Shown here: positions 33,526 to 45,900 of the stretch, piece by piece
How positions within the stretch are numbered: the stretch's first letter is position 1
Layout of the letters: each line of letters begins with the position of its first letter
Source: Takakia lepidozioides
Taxonomy: Eukaryota > Plantae > Bryophyta
Direction: 5' to 3'
Assembly: GCA_030704615.1 (NCBI GenBank)
Contig: CM060734.1
Span: 13,578,001-13,642,000, forward strand
DNA length: 64,000 nt
Translations under genes and position numbers: made by a program
The notes under the pieces: model-generated
Databases searched by the model: none
What the model was told of the DNA's origin: nothing
The model's input: only the letters and a program-made list of their open reading frames with translations

Positions 33526-34775
33526 ATGTCGAGGGAGCGAGATAGACTCGCCCGATTTCATTCCAATGCAGGTAGTCTTCCACTGACTGTCACTGCAGAC
33601 GACGATGGGTTTGCAGTTGTTCCTGAGGATGAGCTGGTTACAGTGTTCCCACTGGAATTGGGTTCTCTGCTTGTTCAAAAAGAGGTGTATGACGAGGATG
33701 AGAATTTGGATTCTGGACACTTGGAGAAACCATTGGTTGGCGAGTGTGGAAGGAAGTGGAGAGTCCTTCCAGGCACATACCGTGTCCTTGGAAAAAAGAG
33801 AAGACAATCAGCAGGATCAGTCATTACCCCTGGAATTGCAGCATCGGTCGTGCAGCAAAATGACACAGTTCATGTGAAACAAGAGGTGAGCACATCCACT
33901 ACATTCGTGACTCTTTCAGACTCGTCCTCGGAGGATGTTTCTGAGATTCCTCCGCCAGTGCAGACTCCATTCTTGGATGATGACGAATTGCAAGAGATAA
34001 CGAGTGTCATTCCAAAATTGAAAGCCCTCGCAGGGGTGCCTGGGTGCAAGAGCGAGATGCGTTTTGTTGATTGGGAGTCCCTTCGTGTGCAGCGGGTTCA
34101 ATACGTGCCAGCAGAGTTTGATGGGGACATCTTGTTTGAGCTCAACCCTCCCACGTCTTCCAATGGACTGGCTAGGCTTCTCCAGGGCATGGACAAAAAA
34201 CATGACGGACACCCTTGGTGCAGGACAAAAACGTCGAACATCCACAACGACATTGGATTGAAATTTCGAAGGTCGGTTTGCGTTGGGCATTGCAAGTGCC
34301 TGAATATTTCTTGCCCTCGGATGAGAAACAGCGCTCAACCAAATGAAAGTGAGTGGGAAGGTGTGCCCCTGAATCCTTTCACCCTAGGACTTGCCCCTCC
34401 CAAGACCAATACTTTTGTGTGCAGGTTCTGCAAACTTTCCCCGTCCTGTGTTTCTATGTGCCACGCTCATATGTACCAGGTGGCACACCGATGCAAGACA
34501 ATGACTCGTGCCTGCATTCATATGGGTGCACACGAGCATCTTGTGTCCAAAGGAAGTTGCAGGGATAGCGTGGACATCGCTAGAAATCTGCTGAAGCAGG
34601 AGTTCCACAATGCCCCTTGTGCAACACCTTCTGCTATAGCGCTTGCAGCTAGCAAGGCTTTCCTGGAAAAACACATACTAGGTGAAGGGGATTCGACACA
34701 ACCAATGCTGGATGCAGATTCGCTTGATGCAGTGATGGACCATTTCTCCGTGTTGAGCTCTCCCAATATTCGAAC
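33526..34775 (+). pseudogene. N-terminal part of element A transposase, truncated before the DDE core
   Basis: Open frame with DGHPWCRTKTS...CVGHCKCLNISC...CRFC...RACIHMGAHEH...SSPNIR, collinear with the B and C transposases. It ends at a junction with gypsy DNA. Confidence 0.85.
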
Positions 34776-37467
34776 CCAGCCTCCCGTCTGATTATATGCG
34801 GTGGAGCCCCCCTTGAAGTAATCCTCAGGAACAAAAGACTCGTCCTTAAAACCATCGACATCAAAACCGGCCCGAGGCAGTAGCAAGACTTCCGTGACAA
34901 TATCTCAATGTTATTGACTGTTCCAGTCCTAGTAACAGGATCATAAGAATTATAGAATTGCATGACCGTGGCCATACTGGCCTTTGGCAGACTCTTCGCA
35001 GACAATAACAAGAACTCTAACATCCCGGACTGTCTCCACTGTGCTCTCTGCTCACGACCGCCCATAATCAAATTAATATCTCCCCCTCGCAACTCCCCCG
35101 CCATCATTGAAACTGCTCCCGGCAAAGACTGCTGCACAGCTTTCTTCACCATCCTGATGACTTTCCTCACCTCTCGGAGAAACACACTCTCTCTCCACTC
35201 ACTGCACTCACACTTCTTATTACGACAAACTATCTGAGCTGCAAGAACAATGGACAGACAGTGGAAATGGCAAGAAGGGCCCCACTCCTATTTATCGCAC
35301 GTGATGGCTTAACCTAACAGCTGTCATATACGGCTACGATCGTCCTACAACCATAAAGAACTAACCGTCTCGACCCAATCTATCGGCTGTGACAAACGGC
35401 GGCGCTTTGTACACTCATAATGACTCTCCGTACCCTTCGCATTTACTTCATTCATTCGAGATAATATAGTTTTTTTAAAAATAAAAATAAAAATTGAATT
35501 GACTAATAGCTGATTGACACCCCCTCCCACTTAACCTGCCCACGGAATCATTAAGTAAGAAATAACTTAAGACGATCGCCGTTTATCCGTGTCGGCACTG
35601 GGTCGCCATTGATGGTAGCCAATTGTATCGAGCCATTTGGAAAAGCTTCCACCACCCGGTATGGCCCGAGCCATCGCATCTTCAATTTACCAAGAAATTT
35701 TTGAAAACGACTATCATAAAGAAGTACCAAATCTTGAGCCTTTAAATATCTTGGGTTCAAGACGGCTATCATAATAGTCCTTCCGTCGCAATTGTGTGAC
35801 TTCAATGTTCTGTAACGCCTGTCGACGAAGTTCATCCAACTTGACTAATTGCAACAGACGAGCCGATAGGGACGGAACATTGCCCAACCGTTCCTCAATA
35901 GCTATGCGGAGGGAAGGAATTTCAAGCTCGATAGGCAATATTGCCTCTTGTCCATAAACCAACTGAAATGGAGTAAATCCGGTAGTGACTTTAAATGCAG
36001 TCCGATAGGCCCATAATGCGGAGAATAGCTTCGTGTCCCAATCACTGCCAGTACCAGAAATTGTCTTCGTTAAAATCCCACATAGCAACCCATTGGTGTT
36101 CTCAGTCTGGCCATTAGCCCGTGGGTGATAAGGTGTAGTTTTCCGATGTTTAATTACATACTTAGAATTCATCTGCTCAATAGTAGAATTCAAGAAATGT
36201 GTACCACGATCGCTCACGAGCTCTCGAGGACAACCAAATCGAGTGATGACATTCTCATAAAGAAACTGTGCCACAACCTTGGCTGTATCGGTGCGGGTGG
36301 CCATTGCTTCAGCCCACTTAGTCACGTATTCGGTCGCAATATCGCTTCTGACCATTGCATCATCCCACGCAAGCTGTAATTGTTGATTGCGCCATAGGGT
36401 AGCGATATTCGTAACCCTCAAATCGGCCAATTCCTTATGCAAGTCCTCGTGATCAAGGGCTTCTGCTGCTACGACTTGCAATCCCTCAACTAAATCACGG
36501 AGCTTCGTTGCAAAAGACGATTGGCTGCTTGCATCTTTGCCTCCCGACACCACCATTGCAACACTGGTATTAACTGCCGCCAGTGTTGAAGCCCTTTCAT
36601 TCGCTTTGCTCGACTCTGGTTTATCGATAATCATGGTAGCAATCACATCGGCTGGGGCCGGTACCTTCAATCGATGCTGCAAAATCATAGACAAATAGAT
36701 TGCACAGTTCGGTATGTCTGTCTTCCCACTCTTCCTTTTGCCCGCAAACAAACTCTGCCCAATTGAGTTGAAAACCTTGAAATGTTGATACCGCCGCATT
36801 CGATTGTGACCGGGCTACATCACTTTCTTCAATGCCAATCGACTAACTGCGAACTTCATCCATTCCATTAACTCTGGCTTAAGCGCCTTGGCAACAGCCC
36901 AGCCTCCCGTCTGATTACATGCGGTGGAGCCCCCCTTGAAGTAATCCTCAGGAACAAAAGACTCGTCCTTAAAACCATCGACATCAAAACCGGCCCGAGG
37001 CAGTAGCAAGACTTCCGTGACAGTACGCACATCCACTAATATCTCAATGTTATTGACTGTTCCAGTCCTAGTAACAGGATCATAAGAATTATAGAATTGC
37101 ATGACCGTGGCCATACTGGCCTTTGGCAGACTCTTCGCAGACAATAACAAGAACTCTAACATCCCGGACTGTCTCCACTGTGCTCTCTGCTCACGACCGC
37201 CCATAATCAAATTAATATCTCCCCCTCGCAACTCCCCCGCCATCATTGAAATTGCTCCCGGCAAAGACTGCTGCACAGCTTTCTTCACCATCCTGATGAC
37301 TTTCCTCACCTCTCGGAGAAACACTCTCTCTCTCCACTCACTGCACTCACACTTCTTATTACGACAAACTATCTGAGCTGCAAGAACAATGGACAGACAG
37401 TGGAAATGGCAAGAAGGGCCCCACTCCTATCTATCGCACGTGATGGCTTAACCTAACAGCTGTCATC
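34776..37467 (-). mobile_element. Internally deleted Ty3/gypsy element: partial LTR-like repeat, integrase, PPT, partial LTR-like repeat
   Basis: Integrase core (EYVTKWAEA, SDRGTHF, YHPRANGQTE) and WLGPY tail lie at 35551-36335. PPT AAGTGGGAGGGGG is followed by TG at 35519. 34776-35327 is nearly identical to 36898-37467. Confidence 0.8.
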
Positions 37468-39680
37468 ACCACATGAGGCCTCTTACATCCTGAAATGCAA
37501 GGACTTGAAAGAAAGGCAGCGCGTTTGTACCTGTACAGAAGGCGCATTGCTGCTTTGTCCGCATTCGGCTGGTCGGTGAACTCGTGGCTCCGGCGAGCAT
37601 CTGCTATCTCCCGAAGGAATAGGTTGGTTTTGTAGAGCAGAAAGTACCTCGTCACATAGTCACGTAGGCTCTCTGCTGCAGGAGATATCTCCATCTTGAA
37701 CTGATGTGCTTGTGTGTCAACTGCTCTTGCGCATTCGTCGTCACCTGTGGAGATTCTCCATCAGATCACTTTCCTGAAAAAATACAATGAATCCACCCCC
37801 TACTAGAGTAGAAGCCCCAAACGAAGCGTGGGGAAGTACCTGAAACCACCATGTCATGCGGTTCATCCACATGTCGAATGTGGGATCAGAGAGTTTGTCC
37901 GGTTTGGGGAAGCTCCACATGTCCCTGGTACTTTGGGAACCAATCCAGATTTGGAGCCACCGGGTCTGTCCAACCACCCAGCATATTCGTAAGTGCCAAA
38001 CACCACAAAAAGGAGTTGTTGCCACCACAATTTGGTTAAGAATGTATCATCTTTTCTGTTGCATCCACACAGGATGTGGCTAGACGATGGAGCTTCTCCA
38101 ATGTCATCGTGGGCTTCAGAGCGCGAGAGTAGTGCTTCCCCACCTCCACCAGAAAGTCGGCACCAAGGGCGGGATCAGCTATGGCCACGTACTTTATCAT
38201 CCGCGATTTGTACTTTATGCGGGCCCTCACCTCCGCAGCTTTGACATACGATTCGAGTGCCGGGAGGGTTGGATTCTTCTCCTCTGACTCCATGTAGAAC
38301 CTCCGCGCATGTGCCAAATCCTGTTGTATTTTCGTCTGTCAAGAATGCGCACATAAGATTATAGATCCTGCTCAACACAATTTCTTCTATTGGGGGAGGA
38401 GATTAGAAATCACGGTGAAGACCTTTTCTTCTATTGGGGGAGGAGAGACAGATTAGCTCAACAAAACTGTCAGGAGCTTTACCCGAAATATGTAGTCCAC
38501 CATGGCGTCGACGCTCAGCCTATACCAAGTTCTGTCTGCCTTTGCCTCCGACTTGCGTAGGAGGTCGACACTGAGGGAATTGGCAAACTCTTGCACCCCT
38601 GCTTCCCGACATCCTTCACTCGGAAGAGCATATGGGACAAGTTGGTGGCAATGAAGGCATTCTCAGTCACCCTGCAGTGCCACATTTCCATCAAACAATA
38701 CTGAAATGGGAATTTTCATCATATATGAGGATTCGCAATGAAATGACTTCCAAATTCAAAGTCCAAAAGCGAGAGGCGTTGTAACTTACGAGTTGATGTC
38801 CGCATTGCAGCTTTGAGAAGACTGTGATCTTTGGGCCCCGCAACCTTCAGCACAACACAATCCACAGCGAAATGCCAATGGAGGTCGTTGGGGTGGGCTT
38901 GGGCAATGTGCTCCATCCATGCCAGGAGGCGATGATTGCCGTCCCACACGTAGAACATCTTACCGGACAAGTGCTGGAAAAGAGGATCACTAGCAATCGA
39001 TCTCTCGAACTCCTCATTTCGCGTTTGCCAAGGGGGACCCCATTTGTCCACCTCATCAGAAGTGTGGGCACGGGAAGCTCCGTGGTCGTTCTCAATGGAA
39101 ACGTAAAACGCGGCAGACCCCATTCGATATCCATCCCGGAAAGAGAATTTCAACTTGTCGATATCGCCTGGGAGGGCAGGTCTCACCACCTGTAATGACA
39201 CCAAGCGGCAAAGGGGAATTCGAAGCTTGGCCAGGTACACCATGCCCCCCAGTACCCTGCCAATGTTGCTGTGGGTTGCCTCCAACATCTTGGCAGCGGC
39301 CAACTTCATATCCGCCTCAGACATGACGTCTGCTGCAGAGGGGTTTTCCGGCAGCCCACCAGGACCGCCAAATCCAGCCTGTATGCTCCGGGTTTGGGGC
39401 CTGGGGATGTCCGGGAGGATGTCATCCTGGTCAGAAAGCTCCCTGTCGTCCTCCTCAACAGGGTCAGCCACCTGCAAAACCACCTCCAGCACTCTCCCCG
39501 TCTCTACTGCCCTCTCCCTGGCTTCACCTCGAACTTGCACAATCCGTGCTCTTTCTGGTGTTCTTTCCTCTCCTCCACTCTCCACCGTATGGGTAATTGC
39601 AGGGGCTGCTCTTGCCCGCGATGGTCTAACCGGTGTGTTATTGCCTCTTTGTGGTGTCTTGGAGGGATTGCAAGAAAACC
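37468..39680 (-). pseudogene. Third ParB/Srx-like cargo gene fragment (no element ends attached)
   Basis: Reads LRIPLCRLVSLQVVRPALPGDIDKL...WDGNHRLLAW (DGNHR 38929-38943), with the same downstream exons and intron positions as B. Confidence 0.82.
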
Positions 39681-42010
39681 TAGGCAAGTAAGGGTGCATC
39701 AGGTGCAGCCCCAGCCAAGAAGAAACAATGATCAGGACCACTATGGTAGGTCTGGTGGTTATAACAATGGCATGGAAGGGAGAGGTAATTCAAGAGGGAA
39801 TTACCAAGGAAATTCCAGAGGCAACTATCAGGGTAATCCAAGGGGGAACTACCAACCCGGGAATCAGGATTACAGAAATAATCCAAGAGCAGACCAAGGG
39901 CGGGGACCCAATGGTGAAGAACTATGTTACTATTGTAATCAGCCAGGACATCGCAAGGCAGCCTATTCATTCTGGATAAGACACCAGAATGAGATGAGAG
40001 CTCCTGTGAATGAGGGCCCAGTGGTGGCAGCTCAGGCCATGTGTTGTACCAGAAGTAAGTACAATGATAGTAACCAGAAGCAAAGCCAAATTAATACCTC
40101 CAGTAGTTGAGGAAGATGATGATAATGAAGGTGGCAGTGATATGCCTGAAGATGAAGAGACTTGGAAAGATGAGAAGGAACTGCACAAGGAAGTGGCAGA
40201 TACCATAAGGGAAATGCAGAAGAGTACTGATATTCCTGTGGCAGATTCCTCTGATTCTGATGGAGAAGAAGAAGTGAGTGAGGATGAAAGGAAGAAAGAA
40301 GATGCAGACATGCAAAGTAATGAAGAGACTTTGGCTGAAGTAATATGCCAGACCAAAGCAGAGATTACCATTGGACAGCTATTGGCTGTGGCACCTTATT
40401 GTAGGCACAGGCTGTATCAAGCAATCAATCGAATTGCCCAGGAGACAGGAAACACAGACCTGAATAGCAAGGTGACCAGTTATAATGTGAAGCCGGAAGG
40501 GCGAGAAACAGTCATGGACTTTGATGATTCTATGCCAGTAATCCAATTGAGAATTGGAAGCACAGAACTAACTGATGTACTGATAGATGGAGGTTCTGGA
40601 GTGAATATCATGACAGACCAATTAAGGAAGAAGCTTGGTCTAAGTAACATGAAACCAGCCCCATTTACAGTAACAATGGCAGATCAAAGAAGTGTACAGC
40701 CATTGGGATTAATAAGAGGAGTTAAGATACAGATACAGAAGATGATCTTTATGATCACAGTAACTGTGTTGAAGATGGATGAAGTCATGGAGGCTTACTC
40801 CTTATTATTGGGACGCCCGTGGCTGAAACAGGCCAGGGTATTCCATGACTGGAATTCTCAGTTATTAACCGTGCATAATGGGATACACGAGATGCAAATT
40901 ACCACAAAGAAATCTAGTAGATTACCTGCTACGAGAAGACCTCGAGGGGTCAGAGAGTATGACTGGAGAGGAGGACTGGATGAGGAGCAGGAAGCTACCT
41001 TGTTTGCAGCACACCCAGAGTGGGAAGAGGTTGCGGAGATGCGGCTGGAAAGCCTAAGTTGTTTAAGAGGTATCTGCTGTGGTGTAGTGTCAGCAACACC
41101 AACTGAAGAGGAAACCAGCAGTTACCCATCATATTTCTATGAAGAAAGAGAAGGAGAAATGGAAATCCTAGAGGAACCAGCCACTGTGAGTTTACAGGAT
41201 GAAGTGGTGACTGGTCGGACAATCACAGCTGATGAGCAGGTGAGGGAAGTGAATGTGGGAACTAAAGAGGAACCAAGGATGGTGAAGTACTTTTGGACAT
41301 ACCCAGTGATTTGAAAGCAAGACCTTTGCACACTGTTTTGACTTGGAAAAAATTTTGCGCGCCGCCCTACCTGCCGGATGGAAATTCGGCGCCGAATTTC
41401 CATCCATAATAAATTGGAGTTATGTCTGGCCAGATGCAGGATGAGAGGTCTGGGCCTGAATCCAGAGAAGTGTACTTTTTGTGTGAACTCAGGGGTGCTT
41501 CTGGGACACATTGTGTGTAAGAGGGGACTTCTTGTGGATCCCAGGAAGACAGAGGCCATTAAAGCCTCTCCACCACCAGTGAATATTAAGAGTCTAAGGA
41601 GATTCCTTGGGCAAACCAGTTATTACAGAAGATTTGTCAAAAGGTATGCACAAATAGCAGCACCATTGAGCAAGCTTCTGAAGAAAGATGCAGTGTTTGC
41701 ATGGACAGCTGAATGTCAACAGGCTTTTGAGGAACTTACACTGTCAGTAACAACTACACCTGTACTGATTAACCCTCACTGGCATGTAGTATTTCATGTT
41801 CACTGTGATGCATCAGGAGAAGCGTTGGGAGCGGTGTTAGCCCAGAATGATACAGGAAATATAGATTCACCTGTGTACTATGCTAGCAGGTTGATGAACA
41901 GTGCTGAAAGGAACTATAGCACAACTGAAAGAGAAGCACTGGCAATGATCTATGCAGTGAAGAAATTCAGGCATTACCTGTTGGGCAAGAAGTTTATGTT
42001 CTATGTGAGA
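39681..42010 (+). mobile_element. Ty3/gypsy gag-pol fragment (zinc knuckle, protease, partial RT, RNase H)
   Basis: Shows CYYCNQPGH, LIDGGSGVN, LNPEKC...LLGHIV, CDASGEALGAVL and NYSTTEREALA. Most of RT is replaced by filler at ~41287-41405. Confidence 0.9.
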
Positions 42011-42014
42011 TCCT

Positions 42015-42699
42015 CAAGGAGTGCGCTCCTCTTCTCCATTGTATGGGGACATTCGCATTGGTGTGGACGACGAAAACGTGAAGATTTCCATATTCGATGG
42101 TGGTATGATTGAAGGGCAGGACATTGTGGTGAACATCACTAGGGGCGGTACAACGGCTGCAATCGACTTTACATGGAGGAGCCCCATGACTCATGAGCTA
42201 GTTCTGAGAGCAGTCGAAGTCCCATTGACAACGTGACTTGTATTCAGTAGGCACAGGGCTAAAGATTTGATTGCACAATCAGCACAGTAGACGTGCTTCA
42301 AATGCAATTCATGTGGATCAACAAAAACCTCATTGTGCCCTCTTTTTATTCTATTCTGTGTCCATCGTTCCTAGAATGCGTCATTGCTCATTTCATTTGG
42401 GATTGGGAGTGTGGGTGGATTTTGCAAGTGGCTGGTAGGCTGAAATGGGCCCCCATTGTACAGAGCAGTACCACCCTACCATTCGCGAAACATTGCCTTT
42501 CAATATATAATTCTAAATAACATTGCCGAACCTCCTTCATCGGGAGGTCCTTCTCCCCCTATGACCGTGGCACCCTAAACCCTATTCCCGCGGACACTCA
42601 TTTCCGGAAAATAGTGCTGCTCATGTTTTTTTCCACACTTACGACTCTGCTCATGGCTCATGCCGCTCATGGCTCATAGCTCATGAAATAGCAGCCCCC
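42015..42699 (-). mobile_element. Left-end fragment of a second B-family element
   Basis: It is a near-identical inverted copy of 20615-21300 ending CTCATGAAATAGCAGCCCCC. It abuts gypsy LTR-ORF DNA at 42700-42917. Confidence 0.92.
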
Positions 42700-42917
42700 A
42701 CCGTGGCCATTCTGGCCTTTGGCAGACTCTTCGCAGACAATAACAAGAACTCTAACATCCCGGACTGTCTCCACTGTGCTCTCTGCTCACGACCGCCCAG
42801 AATCAAATTAATATCTCCCCCTCGCAACTCCCCCGCCATCATTGAAACTGCTCCCGGCAAAGACTGCTGCACAGCTTTCTTCACCATCCCGATGACTTTC
42901 CTCACCTCTCGGAGAAA

Positions 42918-45900
42918 AGCTTAAATCACCATGGAAAGGACCTTATGTCATACAAAAGATGTATGATAACAACACCGCCATGTTCCAAACCATTAACAAA
43001 GAAATGCTGGGAAGAGTCAATGCCAATAAGTTGAAGGGGTACAGTGGTATCCATGACAAACCATTGCAGCATGATTTGCGTGTTGAAACGCAAGAGCAGT
43101 CACGGGTTGCGCCAGTGTTACCAACGGAGTATGGAGCACTTGTCGCTAGGCCGAGCATATATGACCAGGGCGGGCAGAACAAGCGTAACACAGCCTATCA
43201 CAGCCCATCACGACGAGACACAACCTATCACAGCCCATCAAGGCAAAACACAGCCTATCACAGCCCATCACGACGTCACACAGCCTATCACAGCCCATCA
43301 AGGCGCGACACAACCTATCACAGCCCATCACAACGTGACACAGCCTATCACAGCCCATCACGGCGCGACACAACATATCACAGCCCAGCACGGCGCAACA
43401 CAGCCTATCACAGCTTACCACAGTGCATCACAGCCTATCACAGCGTACCACAATATGACACAGCCTGTCACAGCTCAACACAGCCTACTAGGGTTACACA
43501 ATCCATAGAATCAGTGACAGGTGGACGCAGGATAACTTCAGGGAAATGGCCGGCGAAAGAAAGGACGGAAGCCAGTTTAGAAATGGACACGTGGAAGTCA
43601 GGGCGCGACACGCAGCTGAGAAGGAAGTGCAAGAACAGGTGTCATCAAGAAAGAGGACAAGAATGGCCGTCAAAGTATCTACTTAGCGCGTCAATTCGGA
43701 TGAATGGCGGGCCCATTAATGAATACGGAAAAAGGGCAACGGAACAAACGGCAAGTACGGAAAAGCGAAATTCTTGTCACATGTGTTATCCTAGTGGACA
43801 GTCCAGCAGGGAAAGTCCACTAAAGAAAATTAAATCTAAAATCCAGTCACAGCGGTTACAGCCAATCGAAAGCCAGAAAAGAGATCAAGAAATTGGAGGG
43901 AATTTAAGCGCAAGAGTCGGCGTCGTTCTAAGTAACGGGCGTCTTGACGGGACAAACCATCAATGCTATAGCTTTGAAGCTATGGAGGAACTAACAGACT
44001 ATACGCTCGCAATATTACTTACGCAGTGGCATAGGGACGAAAGAACAGAGCAAATCTTTTCTCTTGATCGATGCTTGCAAGCCCCGCAGGCTTACAAGAA
44101 ATTACCCATAGCTTTTTGTGGCAACCATACGTTTATGCTTTGTGCCCTGCAAGCATTTCTTCAATTGTTACAGCCAAAACATTTCTGTGGGTCTAGAATG
44201 AAGAGAGTGAGAGGAACGGAGGACCACAATCCTGCAGAAACAAACGATTGCTACTCCACAGGCGGTACAGTTACTGAAGGAGCTGCGATTGCAAGGATTG
44301 CAAAGCAAAGATTGGACATTGCACCATAGACAGTACATGTTACAATTCTTGCAGAACTTTGAGCCAAAGACAGGAGCAACAACGGTGAAGGGAGTTGAAT
44401 TAGTAATTACTCCCCTATACCTACAGCAATTGTTTCGATTGCCAGCAGGTCAAGTGCATGTGGAGGAGCACAGGGCAAGACTGCAAATAGGGGACTTATT
44501 CCAAGAAGGGAGTTTCTTTAAAACTCAAGGTTATGCTTGTACCAAGGCCGTGTACCCAGGGCTAAGGGAGGTAGGCCAGGTATTGAACGTTCTGTTTGCC
44601 ATGAAACAGAACCAGCAGTATTTGAGCAGATCCTTCACAGAAGAAATACTCAAAGCCCTGAGAGGAGAAGAGGTAGAATGGGCGGACATAATGTACAACG
44701 CACTGGTAGAGGAGATGAAAAGATTACAGGGTACTGTCGCAAAATCTCCTATCATAGTGTCTGGCCCAACCATTGCTCAAATAATTTTTGATTCTGGCAT
44801 ACTTGATGCTCGAGAAAGAAAGGAGATGGGAGTGTTTGAGCCAGAAACCACTGCAATGGAAGAGCAAGGCTCTTCACACAGTGAGGGTGGACTGGCAGGG
44901 CAACCCGAGAATAAGAGACAGAGGCGGGGAAAGACTGTAGTGGCGGATCCACTGGCTTCACGGAATCCGCATGATAATGTTTCCCAAGTTTTTGTGCAGG
45001 AAGGGGCACAGCAGCACAAAGAACTGCTATTACTGGAAGCAGGACCTTCAGAGAGGGAAGAGGAAGTTACTTCAGTATCACAGCAGCCAGAGGATCGGCT
45101 TGTCACAAGGTTACCACAAGTTGTCCATGCAGTTCAACCAGAAATAATTGATTTAGAAAAAGAAGGGTTAGATATTCCCACTACAGAACAGATGGTGGCA
45201 GAAATTGAGAAGGGGGACCTTCTCTATGAATATTCTGGTATGGTCAAGGACACAGTGATTCCGGAGGTGCAATGGTTGTCTAAGGGAAACCCTGCGGCGC
45301 ATATAATACACACACCTGTGACGGAGGTACCACAGGTAGAATGCCAAGACACTGCAGCACCAGTGACGGATGTAGTGGTTCAGGAAGAAAATATGGTGGG
45401 GCAATGGCCTTAGTGGTTCGTAAGGCATCACACTGCTGAGGATCAGGGAGAACAACAGCAAGCTCACCAAGATGACCCTCAACAGGCGATGCTTATGAGT
45501 TCCATAAACATGACACTTAATTTGTTGGGTACTTATGTCAAATCACATGTTCCCACTACTCAATTGGCAGCTTTGAGGGAGGAACTCAGGAAAGAGTTTG
45601 AGGCTCGACTTGCCACAGAGTGTGCAAACAAGGTCGATGAAGAGGTCACTCACAAGATGCAGCAAGACTTAGAGAGTACAGAAGCGGCTTTGCAATTGGC
45701 CAAGGAACAATTGATTGAGGCAGGCCTCGCACAAGACCACTTGCACGAAGCACATAAGCAACAGCTATACCAAATGTAGATGAAGCATGAAAGCAAGTTG
45801 CAAGAAGTGAATGCACTACATATGGAGTTGCAGACAGTGCATGACAGGATGGCCATACAATGTGCTACACTCACAACTATGCTTGACCAATCTACAAAAG

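Larger units (their letters stand above)
14301..34775 (+). mobile_element. MULE-like element A (ParB-MTase cargo); left end present, right part lost; contains nested element B
   Basis: The left end GGGGGGTGCTATTCCGTGAGC has GTGAGC and CCTATTTCCGCGGG repeats. It has the same layout as B: cargo gene on -, palindrome array, transposase on +. The array is continuous across the B insertion. Confidence 0.8.

Noticed and set aside
35714-36799. 361-aa ORF as a novel integrase fusion protein
   Set aside because: It is an in-frame deletion junction at ~36335 between an accessory ORF and an integrase that lacks its N-terminus and first catalytic Asp.
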